A stretch of 64,000 bases of DNA from Rhizaria sp. SCN 62-66 (GCA_001724265.1 MEDY01000083.1:1-64000), one strand, 5' to 3'. Shown: positions 46,921 to 61,900, numbered from the stretch's first letter. Notes: a model not told the origin generated them from the letters alone. Made by a program: numbers and translations.

Positions 46921-49900
46921 TTAGACCAACGAGGCACGGCGCCTCATGTCGATAACAGTGTCATCCACGTCTTCCTCTGCGTCAGCTTCAGCACGCACAA
47001 GCACACTCACAGCAGCAGCCATGGTGTTCGCGTTAGACTCACTGCTGCTGACGGCCTTTGTATGACTGCGGCTGTGGCTCTTGTTGTTTGCTGCAGCCGC
47101 TGCAGCTGCTGCGGAGGCATCAAGCGGAGCAGACGCCTCAAGTCCGAACGTGAACACATGTCCACGCTTCGGCGGTAACTCGCTCTCTCCAGCTGCTCTG
47201 GAAGAGCTAACATCGTCACCAATGTTGCGCGCCGGCATTGATTGGACTGCATTATTGTTACTAGCCGCAGATGCGACACTTGCAGATGTCGTAGCAGGAG
47301 CAGCTTGGCGCTGCTGGTGTTGATGCTGCGAGGTGGGAATGTTGCGAGTGCTAGCGGCAATAGCGGAAGTGTTGGTGTTGTTGTTTGTACGAGGCGTGAA
47401 AACAGTGTTGTTGTTCCTTGTCGCCAATACAACAGTTCCAGAGTTAGCAAAGGGCGTCTTGGAGCTTTCTGCGTTGTTCGCATTGCTAGCGCTCGCGTTG
47501 GCGTTCGCACGCGTTGTCGCGGGACTTGCAAGCGGCGACCAATGCGAGGGCGACGGGAGCGCCGACAGCACCACTTGCTGCTGCTGCCTATGACTGCTGC
47601 CGCTCGTAGCGTTGTTTGTGCTGCTAATGCTGCTGCTATTCGTCATAGTTGCGGTCAAAGACGTCGGGTCGCGGCCTTCCTTCCATGTGATATTGAACAA
47701 AGGGCAGTTGGCGTACTCGTCAACCATGGCAGCCGTCATCGACGCCGAGATGCCCTCGGACACACTCGCATTCGCGCCTGTAGCATCGCCAGCAGAGTTA
47801 CCACCAGCGTTCGTGTTGCCGCCCGCACCACCAGCAGCGTTCGCGGCAGCGGGCTTCTTCGCAGCCGCGGAGTCGCCGGCCTGCTGCTTGGTCTCGTGCG
47901 TCTGCTCGCGCTCCTGGTGCAGCTGCACCGTCGTCACGAAGTCGATCTCCAGCAGACGCTGCGACTTGCCCAGCCGCGCCTGCTGCAGCGACAGCAGCGC
48001 GGCAAACTGCTGCGTGCAAAAGACGCAGCCCGCGGTGGTGACGGGCTCGACCATGGCGGCGCGCTCGACGTGGCGGCCGTAGTACGCAAAGTCGTGGATC
48101 AGCGGGTCGAACCCTGTAAACACGGGCCCGGCGTGCAGGCCGACGCGCACTGTGGTCGTCGCAGGGAGACCCAGTGCGGTCCACTGAGTCTCGTTGACCT
48201 TGCCGAGGAGCTTAAGCGCAAACACGGCGCAGTCGATCGCGTCGGCAAAGACGCAGAGCAGACCGTCGCCCCAGGTCGAGGCGTGCTCAACGATGCTGGA
48301 CGACGCAGAGCCGCCGTAGCCGTGGGGCCCACCGTGCGCGCCGTGAGAGCTGGTGTTGCCGCCGGTGGCCGCCGCGAGGGCTGTCAGCGCCGTGCTGTTG
48401 CTGTGGCCGCCGCCGGTGCTCGCGCCGACAGCCGCGGATCCCAGAGGGATGACCGTGGCGCGACGCTGAGGTTGCGACTGAGGGCCGAGCGACTGCGAGC
48501 GCATCGGGTCAGCGTTTCCGGGGTTGCCCGCGACGCCCGCATTGCCGGAGTTGTAGTTGCCCATGCTCTCCATCGTGGTGCGCACTAGCTGCAGAAAATA
48601 AGCGTTGAACAGCGGCAGCACCTCTTCAGTAAGCTTCGAGTAGTTCTTAACGTCGGAGAAAAGCATGAAACGCTGGATACGCTTGAACTCGGAAGGGTAC
48701 ATGCGGTTCAGCGTGCGCGGAGACCGCTCGGGAGGATCGTTGCGCACGCGTGCGAGCCGCGTCGCGGAGGTTGGCAGGAAACACGTCGCGACCGACCAGT
48801 CTTGTGACGTGACAAGCGGCGGGAAAGTCAAGACTGAGTTGATATTGCTTCCGTGCGCATACGAGTTGCCGTTGTGGTGGTGCGTGTTCCCGTCGGCGCC
48901 AGCGGGCCCCATCCAGAGCGTGGGCGAGAGCGAGCGCGCGCCGGGCTGGGGACTGCCGCCATCGCCTTCGCTGCGTCCGCCGATCACTCTCGACATCGTG
49001 CCAGGGCTGACTGCCCGCGCGCCGCTTGCGAGATATGGGCTATTGGGCCGGCCGTAGTTGTTGTAGGTGCTGCCGTTGCCGTACGGTGAGTTGGGATCAG
49101 GCGACAGAGGCCGAGCCGCAGCGGCTGCAGCGCTCGAAATGACCTCCGTGGCGGGCACAAGAGGCGGGAGCGACAGCGCAGCCATCGCGGTGTCGAGGCT
49201 GACAGCGCGGCCCGGCACCACGCCACCGACCGTCGCACCAGCGTTAACACTCACATTCGCAGTGGCGTTGATAGCGGGCTTGTTCGCGTTAGCGTTACTG
49301 TTGCTGCTGCCGTTGATCGTGGTCGTGTTGGACAAAGGCGACGGTGACGGCGCCAGCGGAACAGAGTTGGCGTTAATGTTGGAGACGGAGCGGCGCTGCA
49401 CGTCGATCGTCTGTGTCATCGCAAAGCGCTTCAGCGGCGGTAATAGCACCATGCGCGCTCCGGTCCATGCAACGCCAGGACCCGAACCAGCACCGCTCTT
49501 GCTGTTCTGCTGCTGTTGCTGCTGCAGTTGCTGCTGCTGCGTCGCGATCGCCGTCGCCACACCTACAGTCGCGGCCGCAGCTGCAGCAACAGGATCGTTC
49601 TCAGCGCCCGCCGCAGGGGCAGTAGGCACGATAACTGCAGTGCCAGCAGGCGCGAACGCCGTGAGCGTGTGGCCGTGAGCAGAGGGCATCAGGAACGCCG
49701 GCGCCGCGACAGCAGCCAGCGCCTGTTTCACGCTCGCGGCGGCGAGAGTGGACGCGGGGACAGTGCGCAGCGGGATAACCGCGCCGGGGCCCAGCGCGGC
49801 CGCGGTGGCTTTAAGCGAGGCCGTGACGGCGGAGAGGACGGCGGGCGCGACGTTGTGCATCGCCGCCGCCGGCGTCGTGACCTTGCCGTTGCTGATGCTC

Positions 49901-52900
49901 GAGCGCCTGCCCAGGTTGAGCGACGCGATGCCGGGAACACTGGCGCCAGCGGCGACAGCAGCAGCGGCAGCGGCAGCGGCGGCGGTGTTCGCGGCAGTCG
50001 CTGCAGTGCTGCTGCCGTGTCCGGCCACCGCTGCGGCCGCGAGCGCCGCGGGCCCCGGCACGCCCGTCGCGATCGCGGTCGCCGTGACTGACTGCAGCGC
50101 ACGCGCGGCGCGTTTGCCGCCCGTGGCCGCCGCGAGCGCAAAGGGCAGCCCCGCGGCCGCGGCGCCGAGCATGTACGGGTTGGCGTGCGCGATGCTTACG
50201 CTGGCGGTCGCCTGCGCGGGGCTGGCGAGGGTCGCGACGTCCGTACTCGCGTAGGACGCGGCGCCGAGACCCGAGGCCGCCGCCGCTGCCGCCGCCGCCG
50301 CTGCTGCGGCTGTTGAACTGTGCGCCGCACCAGTGGCCATTGCAAGAGAGCCGCGCCGGCCGGACTGCGGCCTGCTGCCGCTGCCGCCCGTCGGCGTCAG
50401 CGGCGCGGCGGGCGCCGCAGTGCCTCCAACCGCGTTGATGCTCAGCGACAGACCAGTGAGCGCGACGCTGCCGCGGGGATTCATCCCAGCGACGCTGCCG
50501 CGGCGGCCTCCAGAAGCGGCCGCAGCCGCAGCGCTAGTGGGGTCGTTGGCGGCCATGACCGCGGCCGCGCTACCGATGGCGACCGCGGCGGCCACGGCCG
50601 CGTTGGCGGCGTCGGTGGCGGAGACCGCGGGCACAGGGAGCGGATACGCGGCGACGACCTGCAGACCCAGCGTGGCGGTGACCGAGCTCCACTGCGGCAC
50701 AACCTGCACAGCGAACTTCTCCCACGACGGGCACAGCGGCCAGCCGGCGCTGCCCGCGAGGTCCACCTCGTCCAGCTCGGTGCCGTAGTAATACAGGTCG
50801 GGCGCGTGCAGCCTGTGCGCCGCGCCGCCGTTGCCCTTGGCGCCACTGGTAACGACCGCAGTGCTGGCCTCCAAGTCCGAGTCCGAGTCCTCGTCAGCGG
50901 CAGCACCAACGGCGGCGGCGAACGCGGCCGCGTCAGAGCTGCGCTGGGCCAGCGCCGCGGCCTGCGCACGCGAGAGCTGCTGTTGGCGCTCGCTCTCAGC
51001 GCGACTGCGCGCGTTGGCCAGAATCGACCGGCCGCTGCCCGCAGCCGCGGCAGCTGCGGCGGACCCCGCGCCGCCAGCGGAGGCGCCGTGAGCGGCAGTG
51101 CTCAGGGCGCCCGCTGCGCGGGGGCTGCTGGCGTTGGCGCCGTTATTCGCGGCTGCGAGCGCGGAGCGACGGTTTTTGCGCGAGCGTTGCGCGCGTTGCG
51201 AGGTGCCGAAAGTCATAATGCGGAGCTTCTTGCTGCCGTCACCCTGCGAAAGCACGCCGACGTGCTGGTTCTCGTCATCGTCAGCGCTGTCGTTCTCATA
51301 ATCGTCATCATCATTGTCGTCAACACTGTCGTAGTCGTGATGCGTCCCGTCCTCATCTTCATTCTCGCTGCCGACAAAGCTGCCCATCCCGTTGTTCTCG
51401 TCATCGCTGTTCAAAGCAGCGTCCGTCACGGTGTTGCCGTTCGTGTTGTAATAGTCATCGCCACGAGAGCCTGAGGTGGCGGCGGCAGCGGCGGCGGCAG
51501 CAGCAGCAGCGCGGCGCGCGCGCCTCCTGCGATTGGCCGCCACCGTCGCTGCGCTAGCCGCGGCCGCCCGCGCCGCCGCAGCCGCCGCGGCCGCAGCCGC
51601 AGTGGCCTCTGCGCCGTGCACGTCCTGGTCGAGCTGGTCCGGGTGGTCCGCGAGCGCCAACAGCAGGTGCGGCTTGCCCGCCCTCATGTCGTACGTGCGC
51701 AGGATGGCGAGGCCCTGGCAGATGCGGCGGCCGAGCTCAAACAGCATGCTCCACGACGGGTCCGAGCGGCGGAAACGCTCCGTGGTGATGTAGTGCAGAG
51801 TGCCGCCCGCGGAGGCCGAGGTGACAACGCGGTCAAGACGCGCGCGCCACACACCGGGGTTCTCGTTGCCGTGCATGCCGCCCTCGAGCGCGTACGTGAA
51901 CAAGTCCTCCTTGTCGAAGAGCATGCATACGTGCAGCTCGAGTTGGCGCGACATCATCGCCTCGGCGAAAAGCACGTCAGCGTCGGTCAGCAGCAGCGTG
52001 AAACCGACACTGGGCTGCAAGAGGTCGATTTCGCGGCAGATATGCTCGTACATCAGCGCGCGCAATGGGGAAGTGCCAAACTGCGCCGCATACGACGTCG
52101 TGTCGACCGGCTGCGCTGTTCCTGAGGTGGCGTTCTTGTTACTGGCATTAGCAGCAGAGTTAGCACTGTTAGCAGTGGGCGAGGGTGGAGCGTTACCAAA
52201 GCCGCTGTTCGTACTGTTGTTGGTGCTCGCGTTGCTGCTGTGCTTTGCAGCCGCAGCTGCAGCGGCCTGCGCGTTCATAGCGACCTTGGTGGAGATGTTG
52301 TACGTGTTGTACTCGTTCATGTACGTGTTTTGCGACACCTTTTTGCCAATCTCGACGTGGTGACTTGCAAAAACAACGACGCGGAAGGGCTTGTGCATCT
52401 CGAGCAGCTTCGTCACTACCGTGGGGTACGGCTTGGCAAACTGCAGCAGCCGCAGCATCAGCGTCGAGTCACCGAGGCATGCCAGCGCGTGGCGCTTGTT
52501 TGCCATCAACGAGCTCTGCGCCAGCGCGCGCTGCTGCCACAGCGTCGCATCGCGCCGCTGGCCCAGGATCGCGTACGCTCGCGCCATGAACGACAGCATG
52601 CGGTAGCGGTTCTCCTCGGAGCGCTCGCGGCGCGTCTGCACGAGCTCCGACAGCGCGGTCGCGTCGAGGCGCGCGCGCAGACGGCGGCGGCGCGAGCGCT
52701 GCTGGCGCGCCTCGTGGCGAGCGGCGCGCTGGCTCGCGTCGGCGTCGGACTCGACCACGGCGGTGGAGCCGGCTACGAGGGCGCGGGAGCGCGAGCGCTT
52801 CGCCTTGGTCATCGACGAGTCTGTGTCGGACGCGCTGGCGTTGTTTGCAAGCGCAGTGGAAGCGACTGCGGAAGTGAGTGACGGGACGCGGGCAAGATCA

Positions 52901-55900
52901 ATGCCTCCGCCGCGAACGGGCGGCAGCGGCAGAGCGAGAGCGGTGCTGCTGCTGCTGCTGCCGTTGCGGGTGGGGCGGCGCGAGGGAACCGAGAGCCCGG
53001 ACTGGACCTTGCGGAGGTCCGCGTTGTGCCAGAGCACGATGTGGTCGCGCACGAGAGCCCAGAGCTCCAGCGAGCGGCGGCGCAGACGCGCGCGCACACG
53101 CTGGGCGGCGACACTACTGCTACGATTTCGCTGCTGGGAGGACGAGCGCGAGTGCGAGGCTGATTCAAAGGCAGATGACTCGTCGTCCGTCGTGACGCTG
53201 TCAGTGTTGTTGCCTTCCATGTCGCTGTTGGCGCCGTTGCAGGTTCCGTTGTTCTCTGCATCTTCGTCGCTGTCGTCCTCATCACTGTTGTCGCCGTAGT
53301 CGTCGTCGTTCTGCGAGAGCAGTAGCGCCATCTCTTCGTCTTCGATGCGCGCCTTGCGCGTCGCGTCGACGAGCTCGTGCGCGACAATGCTCACCACGTG
53401 CTTCGCCACCGCCTCGGCCTTGTTGAGCTGGCCGGTCACGAGAAGCATCGACGCCGCGTTGATTGCAGCGCGCGGCGAGCGTGTGAGCCGGAAAGCTTGA
53501 AGATAAAACCCTGCTGCTTCAAAGGCGAGACGCATAAGACGGTTGTCGACCATTTCGTGCGCACGCGCACGCAAGGTGTCGACGTAGCTCGCGGCAGCCG
53601 CTGCGGGGTCGACGTTGCTGTAGCTCACGTTGGCGCCGCCAGCACCTGCCGACGGCCCGGTCGTGAGGGACGGGGGCGGCGCTTCGCTGGCCATGGTGTT
53701 CATGTGCTGCGCGACGCTGCGGCGGTAGCGCAGACGCACGTACTGGTGGCGATCCTGCTTCATCTGCCCCGCCAGCTCGAGCACGTGCGAGCGGACTGCG
53801 ACGGGGTACTTGTTGTTCAAGTGTGCGGACCGAGCTGCAGCGCCTGCGGCGGCGGCGGCCTCCTCCATTTCAGCTGCGCTCTGCGTCGCGCGCTTGCCGT
53901 TGAGCTGCTGCTGCAGTTGTTGCTGCTGCTCAAGAGTCATCTGTAACACCTGCTGTTGGTGCTGCAGCTGGGCCGCCTGCGCCGCCTTCAGCGTCTTGCT
54001 CCGCACGCGCGCGCCCACGACGTCGGCCTCTTCCTCGGCGTCGAAGATAGCAGTGAGCATCTTCTTCAGCTCAGCCTCGGCCATACGCATGTTGCGGCTG
54101 AGGTACAGAGTCTGCGCGTGGTAAAAGCGCATCCACACGTCGTTTTCCCACCGCGGGTCCTTGAGCGCCAGCGACGTCAGCTGCCACGCCTTGAGCGCCT
54201 GCTCATTCTCGATCAGCGTGCCGACAATGCGGCGGATCGCCTCGGGCTGCAGCGCCTGCGCGCCGAAGGACGAGTTGCCGTCTTCGGAAAAGACAATGAA
54301 GGCGTCAGCAAGCGCGGATGTGTAGTTGGGCGGCAGGTCCTCGGCCTCTTGCGGGTGCTCGTCGAGATCGCGGAGCATTTCCCACGCCGCGAGCAGCCCA
54401 GACTCGGAGCCGGAGGACGGCGGGACGAAGGTCGAGCGCCGCGACAGCGTCCGCAAAGCGGAGCCGGGCGACGCACCGGCTCTGGGGCTTGAGCCGCCGC
54501 CTGACGGGCTGCTCGAGAGGGGGCTGGGCGGCGACGGGAGAGGCGTGCGCACAGGACGCACCGACTGCGTTGGCATTGCGGCGCTGCTGGTAGCGCTCGA
54601 GTTGCTGGCTGAGGAGTCGGCGTGACGCAAGAGACTCAGGCGCGAGGTATTGTTGCTATCGACAGCAGTGCTGCTGTTTCCAGCGCTGTTTGCACTCCCG
54701 TTCGGTGCGCGGGCACCGCTCGTCGCGGCAACTCCAGAAGCAGGCAAAGCAGGAGCAACCATAATTTGCTTGATTCTAGCAGCAATTGCCGCGCTTGTAT
54801 TACCGACATTGCTGCTGCTGTTGCTGCTAGAGACAGCTGCTGCAAGCGCCGTCAACACAGACAGCGTGCGCGTTTGTGCCGCCGCCGCCAGAGGCTTGTG
54901 TGGCGCCTGCGGGGACCGCGCGAGCAGGCTCGCCATCGCCGCGGACCGGAACTGACGCAGCAGCTGCAGCGCGCCCGTCGCGACGCGCGGCGGCAGCGTG
55001 TACGTGCTGCTATGCACGCCAGAGCCAACGCCCTGGTGTTGCGGCTGCGTCAGCTGCGCGAAGGGCAGGAACTGCAGCGAGAGAACCTCCAGGGCGAGGG
55101 ATGCAAGCACGGACGCAAGGTCAGACTGCGGCGCTAAGGCCTCAATGTTGATGACGACGCGCTTAGTGCCCATCAGCATCACCATCGTTGTCGCCGCCGC
55201 AGCGGCGTTCGCATTGGCACCACTGCTTTCTGCGGCGCCACCAGAGTTCGTAGTTGCAGCAGTGGGCGACTTCGCGTTGTTGTTGTTGCTGTTGCTGTCG
55301 CCGCTAGTGCTCGTTGTAATCGCAGGACTGGCAGTCGCTGTGCTTGCGGCTGCAGGGGCGCGGGCAGTAACGCTGCCAACAGCAGCTGGCGCAAAGCCCT
55401 TGAGAGTCATGCTGCTCGCGCGCCTGTGACTCCCGATAACGCGCGCACTCAACGAGCCACCAGGACTCGCACTGGCGCTGGCGCCGGCGGCACTAGTCAC
55501 AGCGACCGTGGTGGCCGCGGTGTTGTTTGCAAGGGAGGCGACAGGAGCGGCCGTGGGCACTGCAGCAACAGCTTTCGCTGTGTTCCGTCCGTGAGCGGCG
55601 CCAGTGTTTGCCGACGGCACAGGAATGACAACCGTCGCTAGCAAGCCGTGACCAAGCGGCCCGAACATCGCCCTTGCAGCGGCATTCACACCGCTGACAA
55701 CGTTGCCGTTGCTGGCGATGTTCGTGCCGTTCGTGTGAGCGAAGAGGAGGGAGGGTGAAATGAGTTGTCCCCAAGCCGGCAGGCCAAAATCGCAGGGGAA
55801 CGCGGCCACGTGGGTCGGCAAAGCGATGAGACTCTCCTTGAGCACCGCAGCAGCCGCAGCAGCAGCCGCAGCCACAGCAGCACTCGTAGCCCCTGCACCT

Positions 55901-58900
55901 GCACCTGCACCACTGGTGGCCGCGCTTGCAGCGCTGGCGTTGGCGTTAGCCGCAGTAGTAGCGCCGCCGGCATTGCCACCGCTGGATTTCGCCACGGAGG
56001 CGAGCGACTCCCATACCGCGCCTTCGCTCTGCGAGATGTCGAGCGGCCGCGGGACGCGCACGCTGCCCACGGTCACGCCGGCGACCTCGCGCGGCAGCGA
56101 GAGACGGAACAGCAGACACGTGTCGTAGTTCTTGGCGAGGTCGCGGAAGCCGAGGAACTCGCACGTGAGCGGCGCCTGCAGGTCAGCCTTGGCGAGCGCG
56201 CGGATCGAGTCTGGGTGTGACGGTGACTTGTTCGTGCCGCCGTTGCCGCCCGCACCGTTGGCGTCGTCGTCATCGTGGTCGCCGCTGTAGTTCGGCTGCG
56301 CAGAAGAAAGCTTACTCTTGCTCTTCCGGCCGTTGCCGTTCAGACTGCTCCCGCCGCGACCACGACGAGCACCGTTGCTGCTGTCAGCCGCGTCGGTGGT
56401 CACGCGGGCAGCGCGGCGGTGAGAGGGCTGGGCAGCGGGAGCGCCGTCGGGTTGCCTCGGCGTGATGCTGCTTCCAGCCGCGTTCTTGCCGGTATCAGCG
56501 CTGACAGAACCCTTGCGTTTCATGCTGTGAGCAGTGGAGCGCGCGTGTTTGCGCAGCGATTCGTCGTCACCAGCGGTTTCATCGTCGTCATCGTCATCGT
56601 CGTCGTCATCATCGTCGTTGTTTTTGCGACCACGCTGCGACTTGCTGTGGTTGGCACCGCGCATCTCAGCCTCCGCCGCTGCGGCCTCTTCCGCAGCCTC
56701 AGCGGCCTCCACCGCAGCAGCGGCGTTGCCGCACACGAGCGCAGTCGGCAAACCAAGCGCGCGCAGCGTAGCGATGCGCAGTTGCATCTCTTCTTGCTGG
56801 TTCAGAGGACGCTTGTACACGGAGCTGCCACTAGATGTCGTGTCTGCGCTCGCACTTGTGGCATGGCTGTTGTTCTTGTTGCGACTCGTGTGACCAGTCG
56901 AGCTCTCACTTCCGTGCTCAGCAGCGCCAGCGTTTGCAGTAATGGCGTTCACGTTCGCGCCACTGCTTGAGCTCGGACCGATGGCGACGGTCGTGGCCCA
57001 GCGCAAACGAGTCCCAGGCGCAGCGCCAATCGCCTCGGCCGCGGGGCCCGTGGCGGGGACGTTGCCGAAGCCGGCCGAGCCGAGTGCGAAGGCGCCTTGC
57101 GAGTAGAGCGACGAGGCGTCGGGAGACGAGTAGTGGTGGAAGAGCGCGCAGACAAACTGCTCGGAGGCAAGGATGCAGCCTGCGGGCGTGACGGCCTTGA
57201 TACGCGCGGCGCGGCAGACGTGGGCGCCGAAGTAGCACATCTTGCCCATGACGGGGTTGTAGCCGGGGAAGACGGGGCCGGCGTGGAGGCCGAGCCGCAC
57301 GTTGGTGTTGGCTGCAAGCCCAAGCGATGCCCAGGAAATGCGCTTCATGTGCTGGATGAGCTGGATGCCGAACGACGCGCAGCCCTGCACGGAGTCAAAC
57401 ACGCAGTAGAGACCGCTACCCCAGTTCTCCGTGTACACAGGCACATAGCCAGTGGTTTCGGCGACTTCCATGAGCACGCTGTAAAAGCGGCGGTAAAATC
57501 GCGGCATGTGACGCTCCATGAGCAAGTCTACGTTGCTGACGTCGGCAAAGAAGAAGTAGCGCACGACACGCGGTGCATTGAGCGCAGCCTTCATCGCGCT
57601 CGCCAGGTCCAAGCTCGCCTCCGCAGTGACACCCATGACGAAGCCGCTGTTCGTGGTGAAGGAGCTGAGCTGGGACTCCTCAGACTGAGAATCGGAGCTA
57701 GTTGGCGACGGCTCAGGCTGAATCTGCTGTCGTTGCAGCTGATCCTTCGGTGCGTTCGGATTGGTGTTCGCAGTTGCGCCCATGTTAGGACTTTGCTGCG
57801 GCAGAGCGCGCAGCGACTGGAGTTCGATTTCAGTGTACGCCTCAGCGCCAGTGGCAGAGAGATTGCTGTTCGCAGCGCCAGCGCGCTTGCTGCGCGTGCT
57901 TATACCAGCACTGGTTGGCGAGTTAACGCTCGCAGTCGGCGACGGCAAGGCTGTCGGGGACTGCGGCCTTGGCAGACTGTTGGCGTGAGCAGTTCCACTG
58001 CTGGTAGCAGTAAGACTCTGGGGCGACAGCGATCCTTGCCGCACGATGCTTGGAGTCGGCGACGGGAGACTGCTCACGGGCGACACGCTCGCAGCAGCAG
58101 CGCTCGCAGTCGTTCCAGCCCCAGGTCCAGCATTAGTACTGGTAGAAGCACTGGTTCGCGCGGTCGAGCCAGACTTGGCGGCGTTCGCAGCAGCCACTGA
58201 CTGACTGCCGTCCTTAAAGATCTTTGTCTTCCCGGCAAGCCAGGTTTCAAGCGCGCCAGCAACGCCCAGCTTGGCGATAACAGCCGCGGCAATCGTGCCC
58301 GGCAGTGCGGGGCACAGCCTGCGGTGCTCCGAGAAGGGCAGCTTGCTCAGCGACGTGTAGGTCAGCGTCGCGGCCGTGTCGGCCGAGAAGGCCGAGGCCT
58401 GGGCGCGGCGCGTCTTGATCTGCGCGATCGACGCCCAGGACATGTTTAGGCCTTCGAGCTGAGTCAAAACAGGGACGTTCACAGCATTGGCGCCAACAGC
58501 GGTGCTTGAGCTGTTACTCGCGGCGCTGTTGGCGTTGTTGGCAGCAGCAGCGCGAGCGCGGGCTCCTGAGCGCGAGTTGTTGTTCGCTTCAGCCTCGGAG
58601 GGCTGCGGCTTGGCACCCGCGGCAAACGCGGTCGCGATTAACGTGGAAAGCGGGGTGACCGTGGGCACCGGGCCGGCGTACAGGAGCGGCAGCCCCGGGG
58701 CGAGCAGCAGCGGCAGACGCGCGCGCACGGTGGCCGACACGGTGACCGTGAGCGACAACGGAGCGCGGGAAGACGCGTTCGCGAGCGCAGTCGCCGTGTT
58801 GGCCGCAGCGGCAGCAACGGCAACGGCGGCCGAGGGTGCGTTGTCACCCTTCGCGACACCAGCAGTAGCCCCAGGGGCAGCCTTCGCGCTCGCGCCAGCA

Positions 58901-61900
58901 CCAGCGTTCGTGGAGCTTGCGGTGCTGGCAGCAGCCGCCCTGCCAGTGCTAGAGCTGTTATTGGCAAACGCGAGCGCGTCAACGGCGCCCGCGCTGATGT
59001 ACGCCTGCGCCTCGCGCTCCACGGCGCCGCCGCGGCCAGTCAGGTCGCCCAGCGCGGCGTCCTTGCCCGCCGCAGCCGCGGCCGCGGCGTGCGCCAGCAG
59101 GAACTGCAGCGACGCGCGCGGGAGAACCCAGGCCGCGCGGCCGTGCGACAGAGCGCAGGCGGCGAGGTCGTCGGCGAGCTTGAGACGCAAACTGAAGATG
59201 TCGATGAGCTCGACGGCGTGGCCGGCGGTCTCCCAGTCAAGGATGAATGACTCGACGGGACCGATGGGGAAGCGGTGGTAGTGAACAGTGAACTGTACAG
59301 GGGGAGCTTCGAAGATAGTCGCAGCGGTGGAGCTAGAACCAGTGCCATTGTTCGTATTGTTGTTGCTACCGTTGGCGTTGACAGTGCCATGGTTCACGCC
59401 GCGCGGGTACGCAGAGGTCGAGGTGCCAAGGTTGAAGCCATCCTCAACGAGAACGTTACCCGAGACAACACCAGACACTGAATACTTCTTCGCACTATTT
59501 TTTGTGTTAACAGCAACAATGTCTTCGTCGACTGAAGCAAGCAGCTGTGAAACAGTGTCCATGGCAATGGAGTGGCGCCTCGCACGGCCAGCCTCTGTGT
59601 TGCCGTCCGCACCGTCGTCATCGAAGCTCTGACTGTCGCCAAAACTGGAGTTGGGGGCATCACGCGTGCTTGAGTTTTTATCATCGGCGGTGCCCTGGTT
59701 CCTCCGACCATTTCCACCAGCACCAGCGTTGTTGCGCGCAGTGGCAGCGCCTGGCTTTGAGTTGGCGTCTACGTTCGCGGCGGATGCCGTCGCGGCCGCA
59801 ATGCTTGACGCGGCAGCCGCCTCGGCGGCGGCTGCAGCAGCGGCGGCTGCAGCGATGTTGGCACGCTTCCTGCGCGCGTGCAGCAGCATGCGCGAGTCAA
59901 CGACGGACATGCACACGCACTTGCACGAGAGCTGCGAAGCCCGGAGATATGCCAGGCCCTTCATGCTGTCACGCGCAAAGTCGTACAGGATCATGTCGTT
60001 AAGGAACCGCTCGTTGGTGGTGTAATGCACGACCGCGCGCTGCAGCACAACCTGCGCGCGCGCGCGCCACTGCGCGAGCCCGTGTACGCTGTAGTCGACG
60101 GAGCCCAGGAAGAAGTCCTTGGGGTCGAACGGCACGAAGACGTGCAGCTCCGTGTTCTGCTGCAGCATGAGCTCCGCGAACAGCACGTCCGCGCCGGAGC
60201 AGAGGAAGCAGAAGGCCACGCGCACGGGCGGGAGCGTCGCCACGCGGTCCGCAATGGCGTCGGCCAGGCGCGCGCAGAGACGCGGCGTGGTGGGGTGCAC
60301 GGCGTTCATCGCGGTGAGCACGGCGAGCTCCTCGGCCACGGTCAGATCGCAGCTCAGCGAGGGGTCCGTGACTGCGACGGGGGGAATGTGAGTCGCTGGA
60401 GAGCCGTTGGTGCTATTGCTATTACCGCGGGCAGTGAGGGTCCGCTTGACACGAGACGGACTCTCAGGACGAGCGTTGGAGCTGTCGTCATCTGTGTAAG
60501 AGTTTGCGCCCATGTTCGCGTCGTTTTTTGGAGAAATGATAGGAAGTGATGCGATGGTCTCAAACGCACGATTCGGGCCAATATTAACACCAAGGCTGCC
60601 AGCAACATCATGCAGCGCACTCATGCTTGCAGCATTGGCCGCGCTCTTCGAAGCATTCGTCCCAGCAGAAACATTACTAGATGCGTCGTTCATGTAGAGA
60701 GAGCAAGGCAGCTTCCCACTGTTGCTGTTGCTCGTGTCGGCGTTTGCACTCGTCATGTGAGTCGCTCCACCCAAGTACGCACGCGTCGTGGGATCAACGC
60801 CGGCACGCACATCAGCGAGCACGCCCGCGGTCGCGATGTAGTGTGCGCGCGCAGTGATGAACGCACCGGGGGTCAACGCCGGGGTGAGCGACTGCGCCAG
60901 CGCGCCGCCGCTGTTGCTGCCGCCTGCGCCGACGGTGGGCAGGCCCGTGGTCGCGGACACCGTGGCGTGCGCCGGCTGCGGCCCGGCGTAGGTGACGTCA
61001 GACGCGATGCGCGCGGACGCCGGCGGGGGCAGGTCCGCGCGGTGGCCGCAGAAGACGAGGACGGTGCCGAACGAGTGCGGGACCTCGCCAATCGCGCTGT
61101 CAACAGAGGTCTTTTCGTCGCTGCTCCCGCTGCTGCTGCTTGTGTTGCTGGTAAACTTACGCGCAGAGTGCGACTGAAAACCGTACAGAGGGCAGATAAC
61201 GGCTTCAGCAGGCAGTTGCGATCCAGCCATCGTTGAAGCACTCGTGCTCGCGGCATTGGCGGCGTCAGCACCAGCAGTTGCGGGCCGTTGTCCAGGCGGG
61301 TTGTGCAACAGCGCGCGCACGGGCGCGCGCGGAAGCGTCGCCAGTCCGCTGGTACTGTAGCATAGGTTTATACCGCTCGCGCTCGCCAAAGCGCTGCCGA
61401 GCCGCGCCAGCAGCGACAGATTGAGCGAGTAGCCGTCGAGAGCAAGCAGGCTACCGCGGCTGAGGGAAGTGAGGCGCGACGCGCACAGGAAGCCGAACAG
61501 GCCGGCCTGCACGTACGACAGGCGCGACGGCAGAGGGGAGCCGGCGGCGTGCGCGCTGGACGGGCCCTTGAGTGCATGTGACGGTGACAGAATGCCTGTA
61601 GCGCCAGATCCAGAGCGCAGGGCGTTGGCGCTGCTGTTGAGGGTTGTCCGAGGCGCTGCAGCCACAGAAGAGGCAGTCGCATGAGCAACAGGCGGGGGCG
61701 GAGGGTACAGAACGTTGCCGTCCTCACCATTACCAGCGCCACCGAGACCGCTGATGCCGTCAAAGCCACCGCTGCCGCTGTTGCCAACGCTGCCAGTCGC
61801 GACAGCCGCCGTCCTGCCACCGTTCATACCACTGGTAGAGCCGGCGGTGTTGAACAGCGGAGGCAGGGTCAGAATGCCGCTATTGCTGAAAACGCCACTC

